DNA of 64,000 nucleotides from a virus: positions 1 through 64,000 of IMG/VR virus record IMGVR_UViG_3300032323_001417, one strand, 5' to 3'. This document shows, piece by piece, positions 26,106 to 35,409 of the stretch. The position numbers and the translations under genes were made by a program. Position 1 is the stretch's first letter. The number at the start of each line of letters is the position of its first letter. The notes under the pieces are model-generated. The model was not told the origin of the DNA. It worked only from the letters and a program-made list of their open reading frames with translations, and did no database searches.

Positions 26106-26417
26106 ATGAACGATTTGCCAGAAGTGCCAGATTTAGTATATCCAAAACCAACTGAGGATGTTTCAAAAAAAACAAAGAGACCAGTAAGACCTTGGGACAT
26201 ATTTAATAAAAACATTGAAAAAGTAGTTGATAATGTTCAGCAAGAAAGAATGTCTATATGCCTACAGTGTCCTAGATTAATAAAAGCAACCAGGCAATGC
26301 AAAGAGTGTGGATGTTTTATGGACGCAAAAACCAAACTTTTTGATGCAGAATGTCCATTAGGAAAATGGAATAACGTAGTGGTCAGTATAGACCAGTTTG
26401 ATTATAAAAAGGATTAA
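26106..26417 (+). CDS. Cys-rich protein (DUF6171-like)
   Basis: R..IC..CP.....QC.ECGCFM.AKT......CPLGKW. Confidence 0.7.
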   Translation: MNDLPEVPDLVYPKPTEDVSKKTKRPVRPWDIFNKNIEKVVDNVQQERMSICLQCPRLIKATRQCKECGCFMDAKTKLFDAECPLGKWNNVVVSIDQFDYKKD

Positions 26418-26420
26418 GAC

Positions 26421-27167
26421 ATGGTTGATGTAAAGCTAATAACTGGAGATGCAACAAACCTGTCTTTTATTGAAAGTAACTCAATAGATTTAATTATTGC
26501 AGCACCCCCATTCATTAATAGAGATTCTACTGGATATGGTGGAGATCCAAAGAAACAAATAAACTTTAATTCTAAAAAAATGTTAAAGCTTCTTTTAAAA
26601 AGTACAAAAGAAATGGAAAGAGTTTTAAAGCCAACTGGAAGTATTTGGATTGAAATTTCTCCAGAAGATGCTTTAATGCATAGATATATCGTTGAGGTTT
26701 TGGATAAAACAAATTTAAAGAATCCTGACACAATTGTTCATAAAGTTTTAGATGATGAAAGTAAGTCTAATATAGATGAGGTAATTTATAAAGATTGGTT
26801 TTTATGGTTTCATCTTGTAAAAGATGTTAATAACTTTTATTCTAATCCGTTTAAAGTAAAAAAATTTAGAGATCCTGTCTGGTATTTAAACAATACAAAT
26901 AGAGAAGATTTAGTTGATAAAACATTAAAGCTTACTTATCCTAAAATTATTAATTATACTGTTGTAAAAGATATTCCAGAAAGGTTTATAGAAATGTACA
27001 CCAAGGAAAAGGCTGTAGTTCTAGATCCGTTTGGTGGAAGTGGAACTGTTGCTGCTGTAGCATATAGTATGAATAGAAATGGAATAAGCGTTGACGTTTC
27101 TGAAGAACAAACAGACGTGGCTAGAAAAAGAATAGATTTAGTAAAGGCTATGGAAAAAGATGTTTAA
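26421..27167 (+). CDS. N4/N6-type (beta class) methyltransferase-like protein
   Basis: SIDLIIAAPPF motif IV variant; VLDPFGGSGT motif I. Confidence 0.75.
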   Translation: MVDVKLITGDATNLSFIESNSIDLIIAAPPFINRDSTGYGGDPKKQINFNSKKMLKLLLKSTKEMERVLKPTGSIWIEISPEDALMHRYIVEVLDKTNLKNPDTIVHKVLDDESKSNIDEVIYKDWFLWFHLVKDVNNFYSNPFKVKKFRDPVWYLNNTNREDLVDKTLKLTYPKIINYTVVKDIPERFIEMYTKEKAVVLDPFGGSGTVAAVAYSMNRNGISVDVSEEQTDVARKRIDLVKAMEKDV

Positions 27168-27885
27168 TAAAAAATATATAGAGATAAGTAGAATTTCAGA
27201 TTCTTCTGTTTTTGAAATAATTCCAAATAAGGTTAAAAGAAAGTGGATGGATAAAACGGATGGAAATGCTTATCAGTGTGTTCCAATGAATGTTGCAAAT
27301 TCTTACGGATGGACAGTTCTTTCTCCAGCAAGTTTTTCTGCAACTTGGGATGGTGGAGAAACTAAGCAGTCTTTAAGAGTTGACCTTGACAAGGATAGTC
27401 CATTTAGATTTGCAGCATCTGAGTTTGGACATGGCATACTTTCTATAGTTCCAGACTTTATTGTGAGAACTTCAAAAAATGTTTCATTATATGTTAGAGG
27501 TATTCCAAATCAGATAGCAATAGGTTTACAGCCTTTTGATGGAATAGTTGAAACAGACTGGCTTCCTTTTACCTTTACCTTTAACTATAAATTTGTTAAA
27601 CCTGGTAAGTTAACAATTGAAAAAGATCAGCCTCTATTTACTTTTTTTCCAATTGAAAGAGGGTACATAGAAAGCTTTGAAACAAGAGAGTCTTTTCTTT
27701 ACAAAGATAAAGAATTTTATGAAGACTATTTAAAGTATTCAGATCTTAGAGAATTGCAACAGTCTGGAAAGCCAGTAAAAGATTCTGGAGCATATTTAAA
27801 GGGTAGGCTTGAAGACAAAGAGTTTGATATACTTAATCACACTAAAAAGGTAAGCCTTAAAGGATTTAAGAAAGAAGAAGAATGA
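27160..27885 (+). CDS. DUF6065 family protein
   Basis: R.WMD....AYQCVPM..AN..GW, GIVETDWLPFTFT.N motifs. Confidence 0.7.
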   Translation: MFNKKYIEISRISDSSVFEIIPNKVKRKWMDKTDGNAYQCVPMNVANSYGWTVLSPASFSATWDGGETKQSLRVDLDKDSPFRFAASEFGHGILSIVPDFIVRTSKNVSLYVRGIPNQIAIGLQPFDGIVETDWLPFTFTFNYKFVKPGKLTIEKDQPLFTFFPIERGYIESFETRESFLYKDKEFYEDYLKYSDLRELQQSGKPVKDSGAYLKGRLEDKEFDILNHTKKVSLKGFKKEEE

Positions 27886-28793
27886 TGTCAAGATATCTTA
27901 TAACAGGTGGTCCAGGTTCGCTAGGAAAAGAAATTTGCAAGAGCCTTTTGAACCTTTGTGACACTAAGGAGATTATTATGTTTTCTAGAAATGAAACTAA
28001 GCAGTTTGAATCTTCTATGTCTGTCAATGATCATAGAGTTAAGTATATAGTTGGAGACATAAAAAACTATGATTCCCTATTCACTATAATGAAAGGTGTT
28101 GACTATGTTTTTCATGCTGCAGCTTTAAAGCACATAGATTTGGCAGAAAAGTCTCCAGATGAAACTATTAAAATAAATGTTTTAGGAACAAGCAATGTTG
28201 TAAATGCAGCAATTCAAAATGGAGTAAAAAAAGTATTGCTCGTGTCAACAGACAAGGCTTGTATTCCAACAAGTATATATGGGGTTAGTAAACTTTTGTC
28301 TGAAAGAAATGTAATACTTTCTAATGGACTTTCTGATACAAAATTTTCTGTAGTAAGGTTTGGTAACTTAATTGGGAGCAATGGATCAATTTTTCAAAAA
28401 TGGAAAATTATAAAAGATAGTGATCAAAGAATTTCTGTAACTCATAAAGATATGACAAGATTTTTTATTAGAAGTTCTGAAGCTGCTATGTGGTCTGTTA
28501 AATTTATTAAGGAAATGGTTGGTGGAGAACTCTTTGTTCCTAAAATGAAGAGTGCCAATATTTATGATATTGCTAAGTCTTTTGTGTCTGAGTCACAAAT
28601 AGATATAACTGGAACCAGGGCTGGAGAAAAGCTTGATGAAGATATTTTATCTAGCTTGGAACTTGGCACGGTAGAAGATGTTGGAGAATTCTTTATTTTA
28701 CACAATGATAATAAAATTAACAATTTTTCATATAATAGTAAAAATAATGAAGACTGGTATTCTGGAAAAGAAATAGAAAGCTTTTTTGATTAG
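27882..28793 (+). CDS. UDP-GlcNAc 4,6-dehydratase-like SDR (PseB/CapD family)
   Basis: ITGGPGSLG, HAAALKH, STDKA..P...YG.SK, RFGN..GS.GS, MTRF, GEKL. Confidence 0.85.
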   Translation: MMSRYLITGGPGSLGKEICKSLLNLCDTKEIIMFSRNETKQFESSMSVNDHRVKYIVGDIKNYDSLFTIMKGVDYVFHAAALKHIDLAEKSPDETIKINVLGTSNVVNAAIQNGVKKVLLVSTDKACIPTSIYGVSKLLSERNVILSNGLSDTKFSVVRFGNLIGSNGSIFQKWKIIKDSDQRISVTHKDMTRFFIRSSEAAMWSVKFIKEMVGGELFVPKMKSANIYDIAKSFVSESQIDITGTRAGEKLDEDILSSLELGTVEDVGEFFILHNDNKINNFSYNSKNNEDWYSGKEIESFFD

Positions 28794-28801
28794 GAGGAAC
28801 T

Positions 28802-28939
28802 ATGATTAGCAAAAGATTTTCAGTTGTAAGTGCATGTAACTTATGTTTAGAAACAATTTCAAAGTTTATCAATAAGCCAAAAGAGGCTAGTAAAAAGAAT
28901 CCAAACTGCAAGTGCAAACAATGCAAATGTTCTAGATAG
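28802..28939 (+). CDS. Small Cys-rich protein, 45 aa, not in track
   Basis: AGGAGG RBS; ...CNLC...CKCKQCKCSR. Confidence 0.55.
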   Translation: MISKRFSVVSACNLCLETISKFINKPKEASKKNPNCKCKQCKCSR

Positions 28940-28944
28940 AAAGA

Positions 28945-29361
28945 ATGTCTATGAATGAAGTGGTTTTGATAGACATTGATGGAACAGTAGCTCATAGATG
29001 TGATAGGGGCATCTATGATTTTAGCAAGGTTGGATCAGATATACCAGATAAAAACATTGTAGAAATAGCTGAGTCACTTTGGAAAAATAGTAAGACAATA
29101 ATATTTATAACTGGTCGTGAAGATTCCTGCTATGAAGAAACTTACAAGTGGTTGGTAGAAAACTGTCCTCCATTTTCTAAGCTATATATGCGTAAAACTG
29201 GCGATGCTAGAAAAGATCATGAGGTTAAAAAAGAAATTTATGAAAATTATATTAAAAATAAGTTTAACGTTCTTTGCGTCTTAGACGATAGACAGTCAGT
29301 TGTTGATATGTGGAGAAGTCTTGGACTAACATGTCTACAAGTTAATTATGGAGACTTTTAG
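28945..29361 (+). CDS. HAD-family phosphatase (PNK phosphatase-like domain)
   Basis: DIDGT, ITGR, LYMR..GD.RKD..VK, DDR. Confidence 0.85.
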   Translation: MSMNEVVLIDIDGTVAHRCDRGIYDFSKVGSDIPDKNIVEIAESLWKNSKTIIFITGREDSCYEETYKWLVENCPPFSKLYMRKTGDARKDHEVKKEIYENYIKNKFNVLCVLDDRQSVVDMWRSLGLTCLQVNYGDF

Positions 29362-30071
29362 TGTATAAAGGAAAAAAGCTACATCATTTTTATCACATAG
29401 GCTCCTCTGGAAAATGGCTTCAGCCTTTATCTGAACACATCCACGCTTTAAGAAGGTACGGTCTTTTAGAAAATTTAGATAGCATAAATTTTGGAATCAT
29501 TGGACCAAAAGACAATAGAAAAGATGTAAAAGATTATCTACACAAGGAGCTTAATGATTTTAACATTGTTGCAGAAGCTGATAGTGGGTGGGAGCAAGTA
29601 ACAATTAATCCAATGCATGAATTCTCTTTAAAAAATGATGGATATATTTTTTATGCTCACACAAAGTCTTCCAATAATCATAATATTTTTGGGGCAAAGC
29701 ATAGAAGATCTATGACATATTTTAATGTTGTAAATTGGAAAGATTGTGTAGAAAAATTAAATGAAGGATATGCCTTGGCTGGTACTCATTATTGTCAGAT
29801 GCATTTAGTTAAAGATGCGTATGGAAATGAAATGGATATTCCAGGGGAAACAAGGTGGGAAAATATTAAAAAGTATGACGGATTCTTTTTAGGAAACTTT
29901 TGGTGGACAACCACTGAAGCAATAAAAACTTTAAAGCCTTGTGAAAACAACTATAGACAAGATGCCGAGTTTTGGATAGCACAAATAAAGTTGGAAAATA
30001 AGATGGCTTATGATTTTTATCCACATCAAGTTTTTACAGAGCATGAAGACAAGTTTGTAACTAGATGGTAA
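29361..30071 (+). CDS. Putative glycosyltransferase-like protein
   Basis: YAHTKS, GNFWW, R..AEFWI motifs. Confidence 0.5.
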   Translation: MYKGKKLHHFYHIGSSGKWLQPLSEHIHALRRYGLLENLDSINFGIIGPKDNRKDVKDYLHKELNDFNIVAEADSGWEQVTINPMHEFSLKNDGYIFYAHTKSSNNHNIFGAKHRRSMTYFNVVNWKDCVEKLNEGYALAGTHYCQMHLVKDAYGNEMDIPGETRWENIKKYDGFFLGNFWWTTTEAIKTLKPCENNYRQDAEFWIAQIKLENKMAYDFYPHQVFTEHEDKFVTRW

Positions 30072-30131
30072 AAAGTCTATATTCTATACAAAATATACTA
30101 AACATGGTATAATATTGAAAGGTGATTAACT

Positions 30132-30494
30132 ATGGCATTTCCAGGTACATACAATTTTAACTATTACAATGGAGACTCTTTTGAGTTCTTTGTTTACCCT
30201 AAAACTTCTAATGGTCAGGTTTTTGACAATTTAGGAAATTACTCTGCAAAATTTACAATTGCTACCGCCAGAGGTTCTGAAGAAGCTATAGTTTTATCGT
30301 CAACTGCAAGTACACAGATGTTGGCAACAATTGAAGATGATGACCACGTTGTTTGTGAAATATTACCTGCAGGTGGAGCAACTTTGCAAAGTTCATCTTA
30401 TGTTTATGACGTTCAAATACAGAACGCAGGTACTGGAAAAGTTTATACTTTGTTAACTGGAACAATATCTGTTACTCAGGATATAGCAGGATAA
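30132..30494 (+). CDS. Virion adaptor-like protein
   Basis: YVYDVQI...TLLTGTISVTQD; paralog of 15949-16302. Confidence 0.65.
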   Translation: MAFPGTYNFNYYNGDSFEFFVYPKTSNGQVFDNLGNYSAKFTIATARGSEEAIVLSSTASTQMLATIEDDDHVVCEILPAGGATLQSSSYVYDVQIQNAGTGKVYTLLTGTISVTQDIAG

Positions 30495-30497
30495 AAA

Positions 30498-31085
30498 ATG
30501 GCTTTAACAACAGTCGTGTCAAATGAAGACTTAGTGGTTTTAGGACCACCCTCTTCTGTTTCAGTTTCTGTTGACATTGGTCCAAAAGGTGAACGTGGTG
30601 CTAGTTTTTACACTGGTTTTGGAGATCCTAATACTAATTCTTTATTTTATAGCACTTCAGATATTCCAAAAGTTGGAGATCTTTATTTAAGAAGAGATCT
30701 TGGTGCAAACTATGGAGTTATTTACAGACTGGTTACAGTTACTGGCGGTACTTCCTGGCAATCAATTTTAAAATTTCAGCCAATAACTCACAATGTATCT
30801 ACCAGACCATCTTTTAATTCTGGAGTTGCATCTGTAACTTTTCCTTTAGAAGATTTTTATTTCAATGCTCCAATAGATTTAGATGTGCAAGATATTATAA
30901 TCCAGGCTACAGTAGAATTAGATAATCCTGTAATGCTTTCAATATCAAATAAAGAAATTAAGACTGTTTCTTCAGTAAAAAGCTTGGTAACAGAAATAAC
31001 TGCTGCACAACTCAGCTCTGGATCTATTTCAATGCTAAGTGGATCTGCAACGGTATTAAATCTAGGATATTCGTTAGGAGTTTAA
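30498..31085 (+). CDS. Minor virion protein
   Basis: GPKGERG...G.GDP motif resembling 16302-16748. Confidence 0.6.
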   Translation: MALTTVVSNEDLVVLGPPSSVSVSVDIGPKGERGASFYTGFGDPNTNSLFYSTSDIPKVGDLYLRRDLGANYGVIYRLVTVTGGTSWQSILKFQPITHNVSTRPSFNSGVASVTFPLEDFYFNAPIDLDVQDIIIQATVELDNPVMLSISNKEIKTVSSVKSLVTEITAAQLSSGSISMLSGSATVLNLGYSLGV

Positions 31086-31086
31086 A

Positions 31087-31770
31087 ATGGCAGAAGATAT
31101 TAGTTTAAGTAAAAAAGGTTCCCCATGGACAATTGATTTTGATACAAAAATTCCAACACTTGGAGAAAATGCAAACATTCAAGATGCATTGAAAATATTT
31201 TATTTTGGTAATGCTCAGGCAAATGAAGTTTATGAAAATAAAAGTATTTATCAACATTTTTTAACACTTGAATCAATTACTGAATCTTTAAGTACTGATA
31301 TTCTTACTCATGATAATACTGATACCAATACGCATGGTATTGGACAGTTTAATGACGTAGTTGGAACTGGAACTGAACAAACTCTTACAAATAAAAGATT
31401 AGATTCTCCAAAAATAAATGAAAATGTTATTCTTACTGCTACAGCTACAGAATTAAATATCCTAGATGGTGCAACACTTTCTGTTGCAGAGTTAAACAAG
31501 CTTGATGGAGTAAATTCTAGCACTGCTGATTTAAATGTTTTATCTGGAGTTTCAGCAAGCATCTCTTCAACACAGCTAAACTATCTGTCTAGTGCTAGTG
31601 CAAATATTCAAACACAGCTTAACGCAAAATCTCCACTAGCATCTCCAACTTTTACAGGATCTGTAAATCTTCCAGATGATACAAAGTTTGGCGGAAAAAG
31701 ATTATTTATACAAGCAACACAGCCTTTATCTGCAAATAATGGAGATGTCTGGATCAAGATAGGTAGTTAA
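31087..31770 (+). CDS. Tail fibre-like protein
   Basis: QTLTNK, ATELNILDG repeats, SPTFTG. Confidence 0.65.
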   Translation: MAEDISLSKKGSPWTIDFDTKIPTLGENANIQDALKIFYFGNAQANEVYENKSIYQHFLTLESITESLSTDILTHDNTDTNTHGIGQFNDVVGTGTEQTLTNKRLDSPKINENVILTATATELNILDGATLSVAELNKLDGVNSSTADLNVLSGVSASISSTQLNYLSSASANIQTQLNAKSPLASPTFTGSVNLPDDTKFGGKRLFIQATQPLSANNGDVWIKIGS

Positions 31771-31771
31771 A

Positions 31772-33169
31772 ATGCCAACATACAATATTGGTGACGATAG
31801 CGGTGGATATTACAATTGGCGTGGAACAAACGTTGATCCAAATGTTGTAGGATCTTCGGTTGTAACTGGCAACTGGCTAGTGTCAAGTTTTAGCATACAA
31901 ATGGCAACAGGCACATCTGGCGGAACAGCAAAGGGTACTATTTGGAATTCTAGTGGTACTGCAATATGGAGGTCTCCAGCAACTGCAAATACTCCAACAG
32001 ATACAAGTGCACCATTTTCTTCAAAGACATTCTCTCCAGACATATACCTACCTGCTGGAACCTACTATTTTGGTTTTTCTAAACCAGATGCCTCTAGTAT
32101 TTATTGGGACTGCATAAATGGAGACAATACCAGTAGGGTTGGAAATGCTGTTGATGGTAACTTAACTACTGGTGGAACTGGTACTATCTATCGTAGACTT
32201 TGTGGAAAAATAACCTATACAACTGTAACTGCCCCAACTATGTCATCTTGTACTGCAACTGCAAACATAGGATCTATATCAGTTTCGTGGGCAGCATCTG
32301 CTACTGGAGGAATGCCAATTACCTCCTATTCAGTTTATAGAAATAATGATCCTAATCAACTAGTTTATAGTGGAACTGCTACATCTTTAACTGATAGTGT
32401 TGGCAATGGTGTTGGAGCATATTATGTGGTTTATGCTTTTAATGCAGTTGGAACATCTAATGCAGCCGTTTCTGGAACAGCCACAACCCCAACCGTTCCA
32501 ACTATGTCGTCTTGTACTGCAACTGCGAACGTAGGATCTATATCAGTTTCGTGGGCAGCATCTTCTAACGGAGGAAATGCAATTGACTACTATCACGTTT
32601 ATAGAAATGGAGGTTATCTTGGTCAATATACAGGAACCTCTTTAACAGATAATGTTGGAAATGGTTTTACAGCTTATTATCAAGCGTATGCTCATAACGG
32701 TGTAGGATGGTCTGGTGCTGCAACTTCATCAACAGTTACTACTCCAGTAGAAGCCACTGCCCCAGCAACTTTGGTTGCAGTTCCAGATGTAACACAAGTT
32801 GTATTAACTTGGACAGCACCTGCAAGTGATGGTGGATCTCCAATAACTTCTTATAAACTAGAATTTTCTACAGATAACATAAATTGGACTCAAATATACA
32901 ACGCCCTTTCTCCTTTAACATATACACATACTGGACTTACTCCAGCAACTTTATATTATTATAGAGTATCTGCAATAAATGCTGTTCAACAAAGTCCATT
33001 TAATAACGCTCAAGCTGAAACTATTGGCGGATATCTAAGATATTGGAATGGATCACAATTTATATATATATTACCAGAATATTACAGTTCTTCTACAAGT
33101 TCTTGGAAAAAGGCATCTGCTTTTTCATACCAAAATGGTATATGGGTTGCTGGAGAATCTCCTCCATGA
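31772..33169 (+). CDS. Multi-FN3 virion protein
   Basis: Three FN3-like repeats, two sharing PTMSSCTATAN.GSISVSWAAS. Confidence 0.75.
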   Translation: MPTYNIGDDSGGYYNWRGTNVDPNVVGSSVVTGNWLVSSFSIQMATGTSGGTAKGTIWNSSGTAIWRSPATANTPTDTSAPFSSKTFSPDIYLPAGTYYFGFSKPDASSIYWDCINGDNTSRVGNAVDGNLTTGGTGTIYRRLCGKITYTTVTAPTMSSCTATANIGSISVSWAASATGGMPITSYSVYRNNDPNQLVYSGTATSLTDSVGNGVGAYYVVYAFNAVGTSNAAVSGTATTPTVPTMSSCTATANVGSISVSWAASSNGGNAIDYYHVYRNGGYLGQYTGTSLTDNVGNGFTAYYQAYAHNGVGWSGAATSSTVTTPVEATAPATLVAVPDVTQVVLTWTAPASDGGSPITSYKLEFSTDNINWTQIYNALSPLTYTHTGLTPATLYYYRVSAINAVQQSPFNNAQAETIGGYLRYWNGSQFIYILPEYYSSSTSSWKKASAFSYQNGIWVAGESPP

Positions 33170-33231
33170 CCTTGACAGATTTATACAAATAATGTATAAT
33201 TCATTTAAGTACTATAGACAGGAGAAATAAA

Positions 33232-33495
33232 ATGGTACTCAAACTAACAAAGTCACAAAAAGAAATGTTGCAATCTTATGCTCGCTCATTTCTAGGTGCA
33301 GCACTTGCACTATATATGGCAGGTAATACAGATGCATACACATATGTCTATGCTTTTGTAGCAGCATTTGCTCCAGTTGCAATTCGTTTCTTTAATAAGA
33401 ATGACATCGCATTTGGAAAAATTTCAGGAAGTTCAACTTCTGAAGAGGTTGCAGCGGAAGCTGTAAAAGCAATTAAAAAAGTTACAAAGAAGTAA
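33232..33495 (+). CDS. Putative holin
   Basis: Two hydrophobic segments, SYARSFL...N.ND.AFG, basic tail; AGGAG RBS. Confidence 0.6.
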   Translation: MVLKLTKSQKEMLQSYARSFLGAALALYMAGNTDAYTYVYAFVAAFAPVAIRFFNKNDIAFGKISGSSTSEEVAAEAVKAIKKVTKK

Positions 33496-33505
33496 ATAAC
33501 TTAGT

Positions 33506-34594
33506 ATGTCTAAACCAACAGTATCATTTTTAACTTATGATTGGACCTTTGGGGTCAAGCCACTACAACCTAACGGTTGTGGATGGTATAGATGCTATCT
33601 TCCAATGAAAGAGTTATCCAATCATGGATGGGAAGCAGGTCTAGGAATTCCAGGATTTAATCCAGAACATGGATTTGGAATTTTAATACCTGATGAAAAA
33701 GCTATCCATGGTTGGGATATTGTTGTTTTAAAACTTATTATGTTAGAAAGATGTGTTGATCAAGTAAGACAGGCAAGAGAATTTGGTCAAAAGATAGTTG
33801 TTGATATTGATGATTTTATGGAAGGTTTAGAAGAAACTAATCTTGCATATAAAACTACATCTGCAGAATCTAATCCAAATAATAATCGTGATCATTATAT
33901 AAAAATTATTGCACAGGCAGATGCCTTAATTGTTTCTACACCATTCCTAAAAGACTACTATGAAAAAACATATCCAGGAAAACCCGTGTTTGTGGTTAGA
34001 AATGGAATTGATATTCATAGGTGGAAAATGAGAAACGATCATAGAAGATATCTTCCACATTTTGGTTGGGTTGGTGCTACACCGTGGAGAAGTGGAGATC
34101 TTGAAACACTTCAGCCATTCTTTGGTGAATTTATCAAACAAAAACATTTAAAATTTCATCATGCTGGAAATGTAATTAATGCTCCAAGAGCATCTGATCA
34201 ACTTGGTATTGATAGAAAACTTTCTACATTTGAACCAATGAAAACAATGTTGGGTGTTCCAGAACTGTACAGAAAAATTGATATTGGAATTGTTCCTTTA
34301 AGAGACGTTCCATTTAACCATGCAAAATCTTATTTAAAGGGTCTTGAGTACGCAGCATCTGGTGTTCCTTTTATTGCACAAGCGTTGCCAGAATATCAGT
34401 TACTTGCTGATGGTGGAGTTGGAAGAGTTGCAACTACTGCAGATGAATGGCTAGGGCACATGGAAGAATTGTTAGATCCAAATGTTAGAAAGCTTGAAAG
34501 AGAAAAGAATTTTGAATTAGTTAGAGATAACTTCTCTATGGATCAGCGTGGACATGATTGGGCAGAAGTCTTAAATCAAATTAATGATATATAA
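33506..34594 (+). CDS. GT-B glycosyltransferase
   Basis: WYRC..P, DIDD, DIGIVPL...FN.AKS.LK.LEY.A.G.P. Confidence 0.8.
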   Translation: MSKPTVSFLTYDWTFGVKPLQPNGCGWYRCYLPMKELSNHGWEAGLGIPGFNPEHGFGILIPDEKAIHGWDIVVLKLIMLERCVDQVRQAREFGQKIVVDIDDFMEGLEETNLAYKTTSAESNPNNNRDHYIKIIAQADALIVSTPFLKDYYEKTYPGKPVFVVRNGIDIHRWKMRNDHRRYLPHFGWVGATPWRSGDLETLQPFFGEFIKQKHLKFHHAGNVINAPRASDQLGIDRKLSTFEPMKTMLGVPELYRKIDIGIVPLRDVPFNHAKSYLKGLEYAASGVPFIAQALPEYQLLADGGVGRVATTADEWLGHMEELLDPNVRKLEREKNFELVRDNFSMDQRGHDWAEVLNQINDI

Positions 34595-34601
34595 TAGTCT
34601 T

Positions 34602-35132
34602 ATGGCTAAGATATATATAAAAAGTGATGAATATTCGGAACCAGTTAAAACTTTTTTAAAAAGATATATTAGACAAGAAACTCCTTACAACTTAGCAGTC
34701 CACGAACAAAATGCTGACATATGCATTAGTCTTTTTACCCCAGAATATCCAGCAGAACAAAGATTTTTTGCATATCTTTATAACAATGACGAGAGCATGG
34801 AAGAGCTTGCAAATAAAATTTATTATCAATGCTCTAAAGCAGAAATTATGACTAATAAAATTTCTAAAAGATCTATTCCAAGAAATGAATATGAAATAGA
34901 TTTTAAATGTCCTACACTTTGTATAAACCTAACGAATGATTCTATAGAAATAGATGAAGAAGTTTACGCTTTGGTAATTGGTCAAGGCATAGTTTCTTAC
35001 CTTAATCCTGGAACTGTATTTGATACTTTTTCAGTAAAAGATAAAATTAAAAAACCAGGGGATAAAAGTTTTGTTAATAGAAAGTATGTTCAACAACCAA
35101 CAAACAATTCAAAACTTTTATTTAAGAAGTAG
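34602..35132 (+). CDS. Hypothetical protein (leaderless start MAKIYIK)
   Basis: TATAAT at 34590-34595, 6 nt before ATG. Confidence 0.6.
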   Translation: MAKIYIKSDEYSEPVKTFLKRYIRQETPYNLAVHEQNADICISLFTPEYPAEQRFFAYLYNNDESMEELANKIYYQCSKAEIMTNKISKRSIPRNEYEIDFKCPTLCINLTNDSIEIDEEVYALVIGQGIVSYLNPGTVFDTFSVKDKIKKPGDKSFVNRKYVQQPTNNSKLLFKK

Positions 35133-35343
35133 ATAAAGAAATATATCCTTTAATTCTTTCTATTAAATTAATTCCTGGATAAAAAGATGATCTGCATCCA
35201 AGACAATAAAAGAAAACTCTATCACTGCTGTCAACTCTAGAAATAATTGTATCTTCAGAATCAAATTGACATTCTATTTTTAATGCTTTATTATTTTTTA
35301 CAAGATCGTTATAGTAGTTAACCTCTTGAATTGTTAGATCCAT
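35122..35343 (-). CDS. Hypothetical protein
   Basis: ORF track; AGGAG RBS. Confidence 0.6.
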   Translation of the reverse strand: MDLTIQEVNYYNDLVKNNKALKIECQFDSEDTIISRVDSSDRVFFYCLGCRSSFYPGINLIERIKGYISLSTS

Positions 35344-35409
35344 TTGCTTCTCCTTGAATACTCGTGTAGAATGTATCTATTACATTTTATCAGAAGGACG
35401 TGTTACAAA

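Noticed and set aside
30017-30025. DnaA box in the late region
   Set aside because: Single copy inside a CDS; compatible with chance.
34602-35132. Amidase_3 endolysin call
   Set aside because: Only a faint ADICISL resemblance; the Zn-binding His/Glu residues are not evident.
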